In this document: one piece after another, positions 38,437-50,886 of the stretch
Numbering within the stretch: the stretch's first letter is position 1
Layout: the number at the start of each line of letters is the position of its first letter
NCBI GenBank assembly: GCA_043228905.1
Contig: JBHGNT010000004.1
Coordinates: forward strand, 22,258,001-22,322,000
Reading direction: 5' to 3'
Length of the DNA stretch: 64,000 nt
DNA from: Azolla caroliniana
Taxonomy: Eukaryota > Plantae > Polypodiophyta
The notes under the pieces: generated by a model
Told to the model about the DNA's origin: nothing
What the model saw: only the letters and a program-made list of their open reading frames with translations
The model's database searches: none
Translations under genes and position numbers: made by a program

Positions 38437-40877
38437 CACGCATACACAAACACATAACATGACATGACATACTCAAACACACACAACATAACATAACATA
38501 CACATATTATTTTAATCGTGTTTGCTACATATAATTATATCCTTTAGTTCTTCACAACATCAACCACAAATGCTTAATACCCAAGATCACTTGCTTGTTA
38601 TAGCCAAAATCAAATGTTCTTAGACAAGGTGCCTTATAGGAGTGTCTAGATAGGGTATTTGCTTCTCCTTCTTACATATTGGGTAATACATGATCAAGAA
38701 CTCGAGATGTATAAAAAATTGTGCCAAATGAGCTTGTCGTCAACTAGAGAATTCTAGAAATATGTGAGGTTCTTGTGACAATATGATCATTGTAATCAAT
38801 TATTTGGTAGGGAGTATCTCCAAAAGGTGATGTTGTTGCTCAAAAGAATCCATAATGGATTTTGTTAATGAATTTAGACTGTACTCATTCCAATTATTAG
38901 TTTTTAAAAGTTTGATAATGTTACTTATTGACAAAAAACCTCACTACTTCAATCTTTTACCTTCATTGACATGGTAGAAGTTTCACAGGGTCTCTCTCTA
39001 GAGACTAGAATCAAATTCAAATTCTCCAATCACATGCAACATGGTAGACCTCTATCCTACCATCAAAAGTTGATAGGACAAACTTAATGAAGCATTACCA
39101 ATGCAAAGGCCATGTGATTTAGGAGGTTTTCATGATCATTTCTTAGGCTCTCTATGGAATCAAATGTCATCACCATGTTAGGGCACTATCCTATCATCAA
39201 AGTTGATAAGTAAAAATTGAATGAAGCATGGCCGATGCAACAACCATGTGATTTGAGAAGTTATCATCATTTAGTGTAATACCAGGGCAAACCCTCATCA
39301 AGCTCTTATTTAACATTCCTTTTCCTTATTTCCCTTTCTCAATCTAATATTATGTGTCTTGAGAATTTAAAACAAATGATAATGTAATCTAAAAGCTTGT
39401 GCTAGCATTGGAGCAATAGAAAAGGACAAAGAAATGCATGTAAAGATTTAGCAGATGGGCATCTTGAAGAGAAACTAGGATATGGTCAAGTTGGAGAAAT
39501 TGAAAATGTTTTCTCTGTATTTCACCAAATGAGAACAAATGGAGTTTTACCAAATCTGGTCACTTTTATTGTTGTGCAATTACTCTTAAGTAATGGAAAC
39601 GTTGTTAGAATAGATTCAATAGCTTCAAATTGCAAAGCATAATGGAAATGTTGGAAAGGCTTGTAGTCATACAACCATGGTGATGAGCATTTATTACATA
39701 TGCCAATGAGCATGCAGGAACGGAATAATAATGATGTAGTAGCTATCCACATATGAACAACTACATGGATGAACAATGAGAAACTAAAGTTGAGTGTTTA
39801 AGCCAATGATCACATGAGATGGAAAGAAGATTCCTGTATATTTTCACTGTTCTTTGTAGTTTTCTACTGTGAGTCTTTTAGATTTCATGTTGGCCTATCA
39901 TGGCTACAACCTTTTATAATGTTGTCAAACTAATCATTTTGTCATGTATGTAGAATTTCTACTAATGAAGAATATTTTTTTTGAAAAAAAAAACAAATGA
40001 TAATGTAATTGTTAAAGCATTGGGTGTGCACAAATGAGGTTATGGCTTCAAGTCACCTAAAACCTATTATATTTTGGATGCTCATGGAAACCTCTTGACA
40101 TTCTTATAGTGCATCTTAAAGAACTTCCCAATGATGTTTTTAAACGATTTGGGGGCTTCTAAATACCATGAATAACAATGTCCTTCAATTGTCATTCTCG
40201 TTCTTTCAATTCATGTACATTTATATTTTCTACATTCTTTGCTTGTGCCATATAACTTGCATATTAGGGGGGGATTAGAAACGACATCACTACCATTGCA
40301 TATATCAACCCATGACTTTATCGTGCATACATTCTTCATTTCGCTTGCATATATCAACCCATGACTTTCTCATGGTGTCTATTTTCTCATTTTTTGTTGT
40401 ACATTCCCGTTGAATCCTTAAATAAGCATTCATTTAACTTCACATGACCTTATCGCCATTGTTTCACTTCATCCTCAAGTTTTTTGCGAGTTATGTTGAT
40501 AACATCTAAAACCATTTGTTAAGATGCTCATCCTTAAGAACGATAACCTTTAATATTCCATTCTCCGTCCCGAGTGCATGCAACTCTCCACCTTCGTTTG
40601 TTGATGGTGTGTCATAAAAAGGAACCAAGTGGCTTATAATTATTGTTGCATCGAGGCCAAGAATCATTGGTAGCTTAGGTTCATTTTCCATTGTAACATC
40701 AAGCGTGGTGGCCACGTCAACTAGTGTGAGGGCTAAGCCAAAGCCATAATATATTGATGGGGGGAGGGGAGTTATGAAACACCTTTCGTAAGCCAGATGT
40801 GGGGGGCGGTGACTCTGTAGGACATTTCGATGGCCGACAATGCAACCTCCCCATGGCACCTGGGCAGACACATTTCC

Positions 40878-41025
40878 TATGTATGGATGTATAATGTATA
40901 ATGTATGTATGTATGTATAATGTATGTATAATGTATAATGTATAATGTATAATGTATAATGTATAATGTATAATGTATAATGTATAATGTATGTATGTAT
41001 AATGTATAATGTATAATGTATGTAT
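40878..41025. repeat. (ATGTATA)n/(ATGT)n simple repeat just upstream of ADT
   Basis: Direct 7-mer and 4-mer runs ending ~60 bp before the ATG. Confidence 0.92.
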
Positions 41026-41085
41026 ATAATAATAACGAGAATATTTCTTCTCTCTCGATCTTTCTCTGATACCAATTACAAAATA

Positions 41086-44000
41086 ATGGCTCTGCTGCAC
41101 TTGTCACTGCCGCCTCCGCCTGCTTCTGCTTCTGCTTCTGCGTCTGCTTCTGCTTCTGCTTCTGCGTGGCTGCGATCCCTCCCTCCTTCTTCTTCTTCTT
41201 ATCATCATACGGTTCCTGAAATCCTCTCCGTAAACTCGGCTTATAAGCTCTCAGGACCGGATCACGATCCACAACAGCCCCAGAAGAAATCCTCCGTAGA
41301 TGACAATGCTATCCACTACGGCGTCCCTGCCCCAGCCCCTCAAGACAGTCCTTTCATCACGTTACCTAGTAAGTGATTCTCGATGCCGCTTCCTGTCTTT
41401 CTTTTTCTCTTTTTCCCTTTCTCCTTTTGTGTCGTTTTAAATTCTTTTTGATCGTTTTCATTCATACTAGAGGTTGCCATGAATTGGATATAATATCTAA
41501 TGGACTTATGCTGCCATTGAAACCTAACATAACATTATGCCTGTGATCGTCAATGCTGCTTCCTGTTTTTCTTTTGTGTTGTTTTAATTTCTCTTGATCG
41601 TTTTCATTCAAACTAGAGGATTCCATGAGCTGCATATAATATATAATGGACTTATGCGGCCATTGAAACCTAACATAATACAATGTCCCTTGCCGCTTAT
41701 GTTTTATTAGACAGAAAGGTAGAGACTGAGATAGAAATATCATAATAGGCGCTGCAAACATCAATTCAAGCAAGCATGACCAAATTCGGAACACAGATAT
41801 GTTGATACTTCTACACATACTAGGACAACAGTGATATGAATGATTGGGTCTGGATAATAGAATCAATGATAAATATGATAATTTCTCATGCATGTGGCCT
41901 TGCTTCTCATGCAATATACATTAATTTAGAAAGATCATTTCTAGTAACCTATATTTCAACATACCTGCATCCCAATGTTAGGGCATCTCCGTCCTTCAAA
42001 ATTAAATTTTCAGTCTTGAATCATTAGCTAGTATGAATTTCATGACACCTACTGAAAATAGACACAAGCAGACGCACAAGAGACATGCTAAATATCATTC
42101 CTTGGTACCTGAGTTTATATCAGAAAGAGTTGGGATATAGCTTACTTTTTGTTATAGGTTTAGAATGGTGGTTGCAGATTTTTAATCCTTTATCCCATAC
42201 CCTGTTAAACTCGTAGTGGTTTGGCTGTGTAGCTTGGTTGTACTGAATGGAAGGTCCAGTTGGAATGACACTTTATTATCCTGATTGCATAAGAGGTTTC
42301 TGACACACATGTTCTTAGGGTTTGCACCTTGTATGTCACTTCCCTCTCCTCTTTAGTTTTTCCTTAAGATTAAAGTGAAATGTTGCAGAAATACATCATA
42401 ATAGACCTACATCATCTTGACTTGATCTTGCTTCTCTTTCAGGGCTGCTTTGCATATCTTCAGTTTTCAACTGACCTACGGATTCTTTATATCATCTTTT
42501 TGTTTGTACTTCTCGTTGTTCTTGCATTCAGTTTCTAAATTGGATGTTATGGTACTCTTAAAAATTTCAGGCATGCCTCCAGATGCTAGATAAATATATA
42601 TGCTTGTGCATGGAACATTATGTGTAGTTTCTTGGAATCATCTATGTGTTTCCAATGAACTTGTTAATCAAAATTAAATTCTTCCAAATTTCAGGACCTC
42701 TGTCAATAACAGATTTGGCACCACAACCTACACATGGATCACGGTTGCGAGTAGCATATCAGGTATATTGGAGCTTTTATTGTAGGATGTTATCTCTGGT
42801 AAAGATATAACAGCAATTGATTCACAGGGTATGCCGGGTGCATACAGCGAGGCAGCTGCAAGTAGTGCATATCCAAACTGTGAAGCTGTTCCATGTGAAC
42901 AATTTGAAGCTGCATTTCAGGTGAAGCTAAACTATTATCCAATGAAACTTCATAGTTAAGCTCGCTTTCAGACACAAATAAAAGTACTGCATTACATTCT
43001 AAAGGCAATATGAATTGTGAAGCCATTGCCTTCGTACATGCATTGGACGTTTTTACTTTAAGAAAGAAAATTGTATATGGTGTAGGAGTAAATGTCGTTG
43101 TCTTATGAGCACAAATCATGGGTCCAAGTATTACATAATGAGTCAAATGTTACAGGAAATGTATAAAACAGTTCCACATTTTTTTTATTGGAGAAAAATG
43201 AGTATACAGCTCTTCAGTTTCACAATCCAAGGCTTGAAAACATTAAAGAAATGGTAACAAATTGAAGTAAAACACTAAATATAATGTTGAGAACATACAA
43301 AATATTCTAGTAAGCATGTTCCGTGAATCATGTATTGAATCAGCTAATGAAGCTCGTTTTGGTGGGTTTGGCAAGCTGTCACAGGCTGTGGAACTGTGGC
43401 TTGTAGACAGGGCTGTCTTACCAATAGAGAATTCTCTTGGAGGAAGCATTCACAGGAATTATGACTTGTTATTAAGACATAGACTACATATTGTAGGGGA
43501 GGTCCAGCTGTCTGTACATCACTGCCTCCTCGGACTACCAGGAATTAAAATGGAACAACTTCGAAGGGTTCTAAGCCATTCACAGGTAATGATTATTTCA
43601 TATGTAACGACAGGGGAAAAGACAAACTTCCCATTAACATTAACCGTTGTAAGACATTCATGTATAGGTTTTGAGATGTTGGAAATGGAGATTGCAGATG
43701 TACTGAATGCATGTTTGAAGACTCCTAAAAGGGAAAAATGTAAAAATTGACAGGGGCTATATTGCATAACGTTTTTATAACTAATATAGTAATTAGAAGC
43801 CGTTGTGGAATGTTCTTATGAATGAAACATTACCTAATTGGAAATGTTCTCATTTTCTTACAATTTCACGAACTATGTCAGTAATTATTTTTCGGCAAGT
43901 TATGTACAATGGTGCTTATTAATGTGACTTTTAGGCGCTAGCTCAGTGTGAGGCTACGCTTTCGAAATTGAATTTGATCAGGGAAGCTGTTGAGGATACA

Positions 44001-46766
44001 GCTGGTGCTGCACAGGTGATTGAGACTTTGGATCTTGATTTGAATTCATTGGGAAGAAACTGAACATTGTATGATGAAATCTTTTTCATCTTATGCTTTC
44101 AGTATATAGCTGCTCATAAGTTGTGGGATACAGGAGCAGTAGCAAGTGCAAGAGCAGCTGAGATCTATGGCTTGAATATCCTTGCAGATGGCATTCAGGT
44201 AAGGTTATTTTAGAGTCCATTAGAAATCTGGGGATAAATTTACATTTTTAAGAGGGAAAGTTTGATTGGCTTCCATGATAGGATGATCAGGACAATGTCA
44301 CTAGATTTCTGATGCTGGCAAGAGAACCAATTATCCCACGTGTTGATAGGCCTTTTAAGGTGAATATTTAACTTTCTAGACAAATCTATAGTCACTTATA
44401 GGTCTTTGGCTAAACATGTGACACTTTGTTCTTCTGGTCTTATGTGTAGACCAGCATAACCTTTACTTTGGAAGAGGGTCCTGGTGTTCTTTTCAAGGCC
44501 CTTGGGGTGTTCGCTTTGCGGGAAATCAATCTCACAAAGGTAATTCTACTCTTTGTCCAGAGTCTATGACTGTAGGACTTCCATCAACATTAACTTACTA
44601 TTAGTGGGCATGTCTCCACCACGAGCAAGAACACATTGTATAGCTAATCTGAAATGATCGAGAGCCAATAGTCCAATAGTCTGTAGACCACAGCCAGCAG
44701 GGCCTTGGATCAGCATGTGATCTATCCAGTTAGAATTGAATTCTGATGTGTAAGCGTCCAATTATAAAGTTGTGCCATGTAAGCCATGCACAACATCAAT
44801 CCACTTAGAAGTTATAAGTGAGCGAATAAGTGAGAGGGCTAAGTTTTGAAGAAGTAACACTTGGCAACATGAAAAGATAGTAGACTTGTATTTATTCAAA
44901 CAAACCGCTCTTTTGATAAAAAAATTGAAATTAATTTTTAGAGATAGGGAAGTAATGTTAGAGAGTGTAGATATGCAGGGATCATAGTTGATTTTCTCCC
45001 TCTTCTACTATGCTCAGTAAATAATAAGTTGGAACCTATATAAGTGGGTTTTAATGTGGAAAAATTTGATAAAAAAAGCTGCTGGTTGTGTATCTACAGT
45101 TCGGGCTCTGTCTTATTGTATTATCTTCTATTAATTATGGAAAAAAGAAATACCAAAATGGCACCTGCCCTTGCGGCCAATAAGGTGTCAAACTCGTTTA
45201 GTAGCAGTCTAGCTTCATAGTGAGTACACAATCTTAAGTAGATATTTCCTTGTTTATATGGAACTTTGACTCCAGTGGTGAAATTAAGTACAATTGGCTG
45301 CTTTGATTGGGGTTTTACCAGCCCCTGGAAGGGTCCTTAGTCCAGTTTCAAGATTCATGTTATTACTTAACCGCATCATAAGATTTTGTACTGAGTCTGA
45401 GCCATGAGAGTTTAACACGTGACATCTGTGTTGCGAGCTAACTAAGAAAGAAGATAATTGTTGTGATAACAAGAACTTGAAGCTGCAACGAAATATACAG
45501 GTGGCAGTGGTAAGCTATAGTGGAGGTGTTATGGTATGTATGCGTACATTTTGCCTTGTTATTGTACATTTCTGTATCCTCCTTCTATAGCAGTGTAGAA
45601 CTGACTGGTAGGAAGCCAAGGATGCTGGGTAAATTTAGTCTGGTGGAATATATTACTTGCAGGCTAATGTATTCCAGTTTTTTCATTACATATGTCCACT
45701 TTTGCATTTTGGATTTAGATTGAAAGTAGACCCCTCCGAAAACGTCCTTTACGTGTTGTGGATGATACCAACAATGGGGATGCTAAATCTGTGTAAGAAA
45801 ACCTGCTCTAATTAATGAACCCTCTTCACTCTCTGAATTCATTTTTGTCAACCTTTTATGGCATTGTCAAATATGAATAAGCCAATTGATAATTCCTTTG
45901 TTCAACAGGTACTTCGATTATCTGTTTTTTCTAGACTTTGAAGCGTCAATGGCAGAACAACGAGCTCGAAATGCTCTTCAACACCTTCAGGCTTGTTTAC
46001 TTCTTCCTTAAAGAATATATTGGATGTTAGAAATGTTTAATAATTGCTTGTGTGTGTCTACTTGAAGAGAAAAAGGGGATGAAAATTTGCCATATAATTT
46101 TCTCAAATAGCACATATAATTTATCTTCCAGGGTATGGCCAAGGGTATTTGGGGAAAGAAAGAAAAGCATGGTGTGGATGAGTTATTCCCCATGTTTTAA
46201 ATGCATGTAAAGATCATTTGCTCGGATGTCTCAAATTACATCTGACTTCACAGCCTTTTAGGACCCACACTCCAGTGCACCAATGGCAAACTTGAAAATT
46301 CTCCAGTCTTTGATGTGTGGTAAAAGTCCTTATTTATAAGTAATGATACGAAAATACAGTGCAACAGACTGGTGGAAGCTTAAATTCCTCGACATAAAAA
46401 CATTGTGATCTGATAAAATTTTCTGAAATCTTTAACACCCAAATGTGGCACTACATGATTATGTCCACATCCAGTCTAGAAGCTCCTATTAATTTCTGTG
46501 ATACTGATATATGTACCATATTTGATGCTAGAAACTATGTCGAGACCATCCTAACCTCGTTGCTTAGATAATTTCTTTTTAACACATTTTATCAGCTAAT
46601 TCATACGTAGTATTGTCAACCTTCCCAAATAAGTAATTCCTTTTTTTATATATTTGTTAGTTCCAAGTGCCTCCTTATTTGTGTTCAGGAATTTGCGACG
46701 TTCCTGAGAGTGTTGGGGAGTTATCCAATGGATGTGACTCCAAGCAAGGCTTTCCAAACTTCATAG
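41086..46766 (+). CDS. ADT: Plastid arogenate/prephenate dehydratase (intron-rich ADT1/ADT2-like type)
   Basis: Exons 41086-41368, 42695-42762, 42828-42920, 43385-43585, 43935-44015, 44103-44198, 44282-44359, 44450-44539, 45719-45792, 45909-45990, 46689-46766. Motifs [45 protein letters not shown] and LRVLGSYP. The N-terminus is a Ser/Ala-rich transit peptide. Confidence 0.95.
41384..41677. repeat. Diverged direct duplication in ADT intron 1
   Basis: ttgatcgttttcattca.actagagg...atggacttatgc.gccattgaaacctaacataa occurs twice. Confidence 0.8.
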
Positions 46767-47801
46767 ATACTGGAACCCTTTCAAAGAAAGGATGTTAACA
46801 GTGTGGGAATTTAAGAAAGATGTTGTAAGTGCCTGCATTATGAAGATGCGGCGGTGGTGGTTTGCATTTCCCTTCTTGGGAGCTTGATATGATTCAACGT
46901 AATTTTGTGGAGTTTTGACCCATATTAATAGAGTAGATTTTGCATTTCAAGGATTCCACAATCATGTCTATACCACCCTTATCCTATTGGGAGGGTGAAA
47001 TACGTGAACCATAGGTCATAAAATGCTAAACATAAACTCAAAATCCATTAAAACCTAAAACCCATGAAGCCTGTATATGAAGCCAAGGACAAATCCCCAT
47101 GCAACATGTACAAGGAAGGGTGTGTATACGTGTGAACAAAATTTTATTTTGAATACAGAATCATAAAACATTCCCAAAAGATTTAAACAAAGAGAAACTA
47201 AAACAAAAACCCTATGTTTTTGAGCAATTGTTCTGAGGAGAAAACAAGAAAACAATGTCTGTATCTTGAAAATAAAATGAAAGGAGATATAATTTGGGAA
47301 AATAAGCACGGAAAACCCTTTTATATTTGGTTGAGCATCAAATGAATGCTTAATGTTGATGTCTTTGGGTATGTTTATTGGTTGATGTTATTTTGGAATG
47401 CCATAATCGTGTTTTGGGATTTTATGCCTGAGAAAGATAGTATTGAAGCCAAGAAATGAAGAAACCAAGCGATTTTGGAGTTTTGTTCAAATCTGTAAAA
47501 ATGTGCTAGGTACTACATAAAAATCAGTTTCTTTATCTTTCATTCATTCTAAATCATTTGTGGTAGACAAACTCTGAATTTATACACTGTTTTTTGGGGA
47601 TAGAACTATTATTGGGCCTTCTTCATTTCTTGAGAGTGAATACACGCTGTTGCATAGGAATGAATGTGTAGCACCAAAAAAATGATGTGAATTCATCACC
47701 TTTTGGGTAATGTAGAAATTTTGAAAAGGTTGAATTCATTATGTAGGAAATGTATGACATGTTGAACAAAGAAAATTAACTTGACAACACTATCAACTTA
47801 A

Positions 47802-47982
47802 TTAAATGGGATAAATCACATTGAAGGGCATGTAACCTAGTTGTTTTGAGAAATATAGTGTTTAAATAGGATAAATCACATTGATGGGTGTGTAACCTAG
47901 TTGTTTTGAGAAATAAAGTGGTTAAATGGGATAAATCACATTGAAGGGCATGTAACCTAGTTGTTCTGAGAAAAATAGTGGT
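47802..47982. repeat. 60-bp tandem repeat, three copies
   Basis: ttaaatgggataaatcacattgaagggcatgtaacctagttgttttgag repeats at a 60-bp period. Confidence 0.93.
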
Positions 47983-48225
47983 TGCACAATGTTGGACACA
48001 AACATGTATGCTTGCTATATGTAGTTATTTTGAAAAGAAACAAACTAATCTTTCTCATGCTCTAAAGTAAACCGTATATAGTTTTGTGCAAATATGAAGA
48101 CCACAGATAGAGCTAACTCATACGATATTATCCAACTCTCTTGGCAACAATCCAATATTCATTTTTTGATTTTGCCCTAGTTTTTAATCTAAGTCAAATG
48201 GGGGCTAATGCGTATTGACACCTAA

Positions 48226-48337
48226 TGTAAACCTTTAAACCTTGTACAGATATTATGTGAACTACCTTTGTTATTATGATTGTAAACCTTTGAACCTTGT
48301 ACAGATATTATGTGAACTACCTTTGTTATTATGATTG
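48226..48337. repeat. ~56-bp tandem duplication
   Basis: accttgtacagatattatgtgaactacctttgttattatgattg occurs twice. Confidence 0.9.
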
Positions 48338-48614
48338 TCCCAAATCTTTTGGAACTTTGCAAATAGCCTCCATGAGACAAATACATTGAATTGTCATTGA
48401 AGAGGAAGGACATCATTCTATCCCATTAATCTTTTTGAACATCATGTCAAAAAAATAGGTTGACCATTTGTACATGCCTTCCACACTTTGTTGGCTGATC
48501 ACTACATTCAGCCATTGTAAACCATTGTAAACCTCATCAGTAGGCAATGTCCTTTGCATATGAAAAGTCAAAACACAAATAATACCATAAAACAATGAGG
48601 ATGCACCAAGAATG

Positions 48615-48780
48615 TTTTCTCATTGCGTTTCCTTGTCTATGATACTATCATCTTACTCATATAGGACATCCATCGACAATGGTTTTTCATTGCATCTCCT
48701 TGTCTATGATGCTATCATCTTACTCATATAGGACATCCATCGAGAATGGTTTTTTATTGCATCTCCTTGTCTATGATATC
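48615..48780. repeat. ~67-bp tandem repeat, about 2.5 copies
   Basis: ccttgtctatgat.ctatcatcttactcatataggacatccatcga is repeated. Confidence 0.85.
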
Positions 48781-49117
48781 TATATAATACACATTTGCCA
48801 TAGTATCATTTAACTCTCGGTTTGTAGCTTAGTGAACATAGCTCAATACTACTTGAGCATTTCCTCCCCTCCACATTGTGCGTACCATTTGTTTGGCCAC
48901 TATTGTATGGACTATACTCTCGATTTCTTCAAAGCTTTCTCATCAGCCACAATCGAAACCCATGTTGGTCATGACTTTCACTACGAAGGTTTAAAAAGTG
49001 GTTATGAATATGTCTTAAGATGCTCCGAAAAATCAATATGCTGTTACACACATCGCGATTGTCACCACCGGGATACTTAGAACAAAGAATCGACAAGACA
49101 CAAGGAAAAGTTTGGCA

Positions 49118-49154
<37 letters not shown>

Positions 49155-49462
49155 TCTCTCTCTCTCTCTCTCTCTCTTCATTGAAGAAGTGGTTATAGAT
49201 AGTAAACATATAATGCTTGCAGGCAGGAAGTGCTATTTTGGGCCATATGGTCTTTTTTTTGTGCTTCAAGGAATCAACCATATGCATATATAAGAAATAC
49301 ACAGAGACAGAGACTATACAGATTTGTGTGTGTGTGTATATGGTTAGTTAACCTTGTGTTGTTTTGTTTGTGTCCGTTGGATCAATTTATTTGGTGATGC
49401 CAGAGTGCAAGCAGGGCTCCTCCTTCCCCTTCCTCTCCACTGATCATTCTGCAGACATAAGG

Positions 49463-49996
49463 ATGGGGACGAAGCTCTTTGTGATTACCTCTCTCCTGCT
49501 TCTCATCACTGCTACAACTAACGATGTTATGACTCTGCAACTGCAACTGCAACTGCATGCTGGAGATCATGATGCTGCGTATAATCATGATCCAAATATG
49601 CCACAAAACCTGCATAAACATCAACTTCAACGTCACCACCGGCATCAACAGCAGCGCCAGCTATGGCGTCCTGATGTGCGTTTGCGAAGGCGAGGGCTTG
49701 CTGCTGCCTTACAGAATCCTAGGTGCCAGCATTGCCCTTGCTTGTATGCTGATGATTCCAAGTGCCATTTATGCTTCACCTGCGATCAACAAAACAATGT
49801 TGTGCCTAATGCATCTTCATCTTCATCTTCATCTTCATCAACACAGGCACAGGCACAGGCGACTTCCTCCTCCGCAGCTGGGCCTCCACAGTATTCTTCA
49901 CCTTCTTCGCCATCATCATCATCATCATCAGTGTGGCCCGAATTGATCGGTGCACCTTGCTGCTCCAACAACAAATGCTGCTACTTCCAATCCTAA
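49463..49996 (+). CDS. Putative secreted cysteine-rich peptide precursor (177 aa), family unrecognised
   Basis: Signal peptide-like MGTKLFVITSLLLLITATT, a His/Gln-rich prodomain and a basic RLRRRGL site, then C-x2-C-x-C-x7-C-x2-C-x2-C, a Ser-rich linker and CC-x4-CC. Intronless with an AT-rich 3' flank. Confidence 0.7.
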   Translation: MGTKLFVITSLLLLITATTNDVMTLQLQLQLHAGDHDAAYNHDPNMPQNLHKHQLQRHHRHQQQRQLWRPDVRLRRRGLAAALQNPRCQHCPCLYADDSKCHLCFTCDQQNNVVPNASSSSSSSSSTQAQAQATSSSAAGPPQYSSPSSPSSSSSSVWPELIGAPCCSNNKCCYFQS

Positions 49997-50290
49997 ACAT
50001 ACAGCATACATTCATATACAGAATTACCATACCTAATTCATATCCATGTATATACCTAATTTTGTTCTCATTATTGGCTATATCAGCATATGAGACTATT
50101 TCATTGATTCAAATGTAACTACCAAATGCTCTTACTATTCTTAGCTATCTTCGATTATGTTAAATTATTTCATTTGATTATGTTAAATTATTTCATTTCA
50201 TTTGTTCCTTCGAAAATGTGACACGGTGCGATCAGTTCGGATGTTAGAGACTCCAACCAACTCCAGAGGGAATGTCGGCTCGAACTGTGA

Positions 50291-50886
50291 GTGCTAATAA
50301 CAATGTGACAAGGAGAGTTGATTGTGTGAGATGAACAAATGAGCAAGATGATGGCTCAAACTAGTGTGCTAATAACAATGTGACATGGAGATTCGATAGT
50401 GTGAGCTGAACAAATGAGCTAGATTATGGTCCAAACGAGCGTGCTAATAACAATGTGACAAGGAGATTTGATTGTGTGAGTGAATAAATGAGCAAGATGA
50501 TGGCTCAAACTAGTGTGCCAATAACAATATGGCAAGGAGATTTGATTGTGTAAGATGAACAAATGATCAAGATGATGGCTCAAACTAGTGACGTGCTAAT
50601 AACAATATGGCAAGGAGATTTGATTGTGTGAGATGAACAAATGAGCAAGATGATGGCTCAAACTAGTGTGCTAATAACAATGTGACATGGAGATTCGATA
50701 GTGTGAGCTGAACAAATGAGCTAGATTATGGCCCGAATGAGCGTGCTAATAACAATGTGACAAGGAGATTTGATTGTGTGAGATGAACAAATGAGCTAGA
50801 TTATGGCCTGAACGAGCGTGCTAATAACAATGTGACAAGGAGATTTGATTGTGTGAGATGAAACATATGAGCAAGAGTATGGCTCT
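50291..50886. repeat. ~75-bp minisatellite, 8 copies
   Basis: The unit gtgctaataacaatgtgacaaggagatttgattgtgtgagatgaacaaatgagcaagatgatggctcaaactagt starts at ~50291, 50366, 50441, 50515, 50593, 50668, 50743 and 50818. Confidence 0.95.

Noticed and set aside
40506-41272. Minus-strand ORFs with IIHYTLY and QKQKQK repeats
   Set aside because: Products of the 7-mer repeat and the antisense of ADT exon 1.
47802-47982. Short repeat array resembling CRISPR or iterons
   Set aside because: Plain 60-bp head-to-tail repeat with no spacers.
49364-49462. Upstream extension of the Cys-rich peptide ORF
   Set aside because: It starts at a TTG or a weak upstream ATG. The signal peptide begins at ATG 49463, which is taken as the likely start.
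50291-50886. CRISPR-like regularly spaced repeats
   Set aside because: The whole unit repeats with no unique spacers, there are no cas genes, and the context is eukaryotic. It is a minisatellite.
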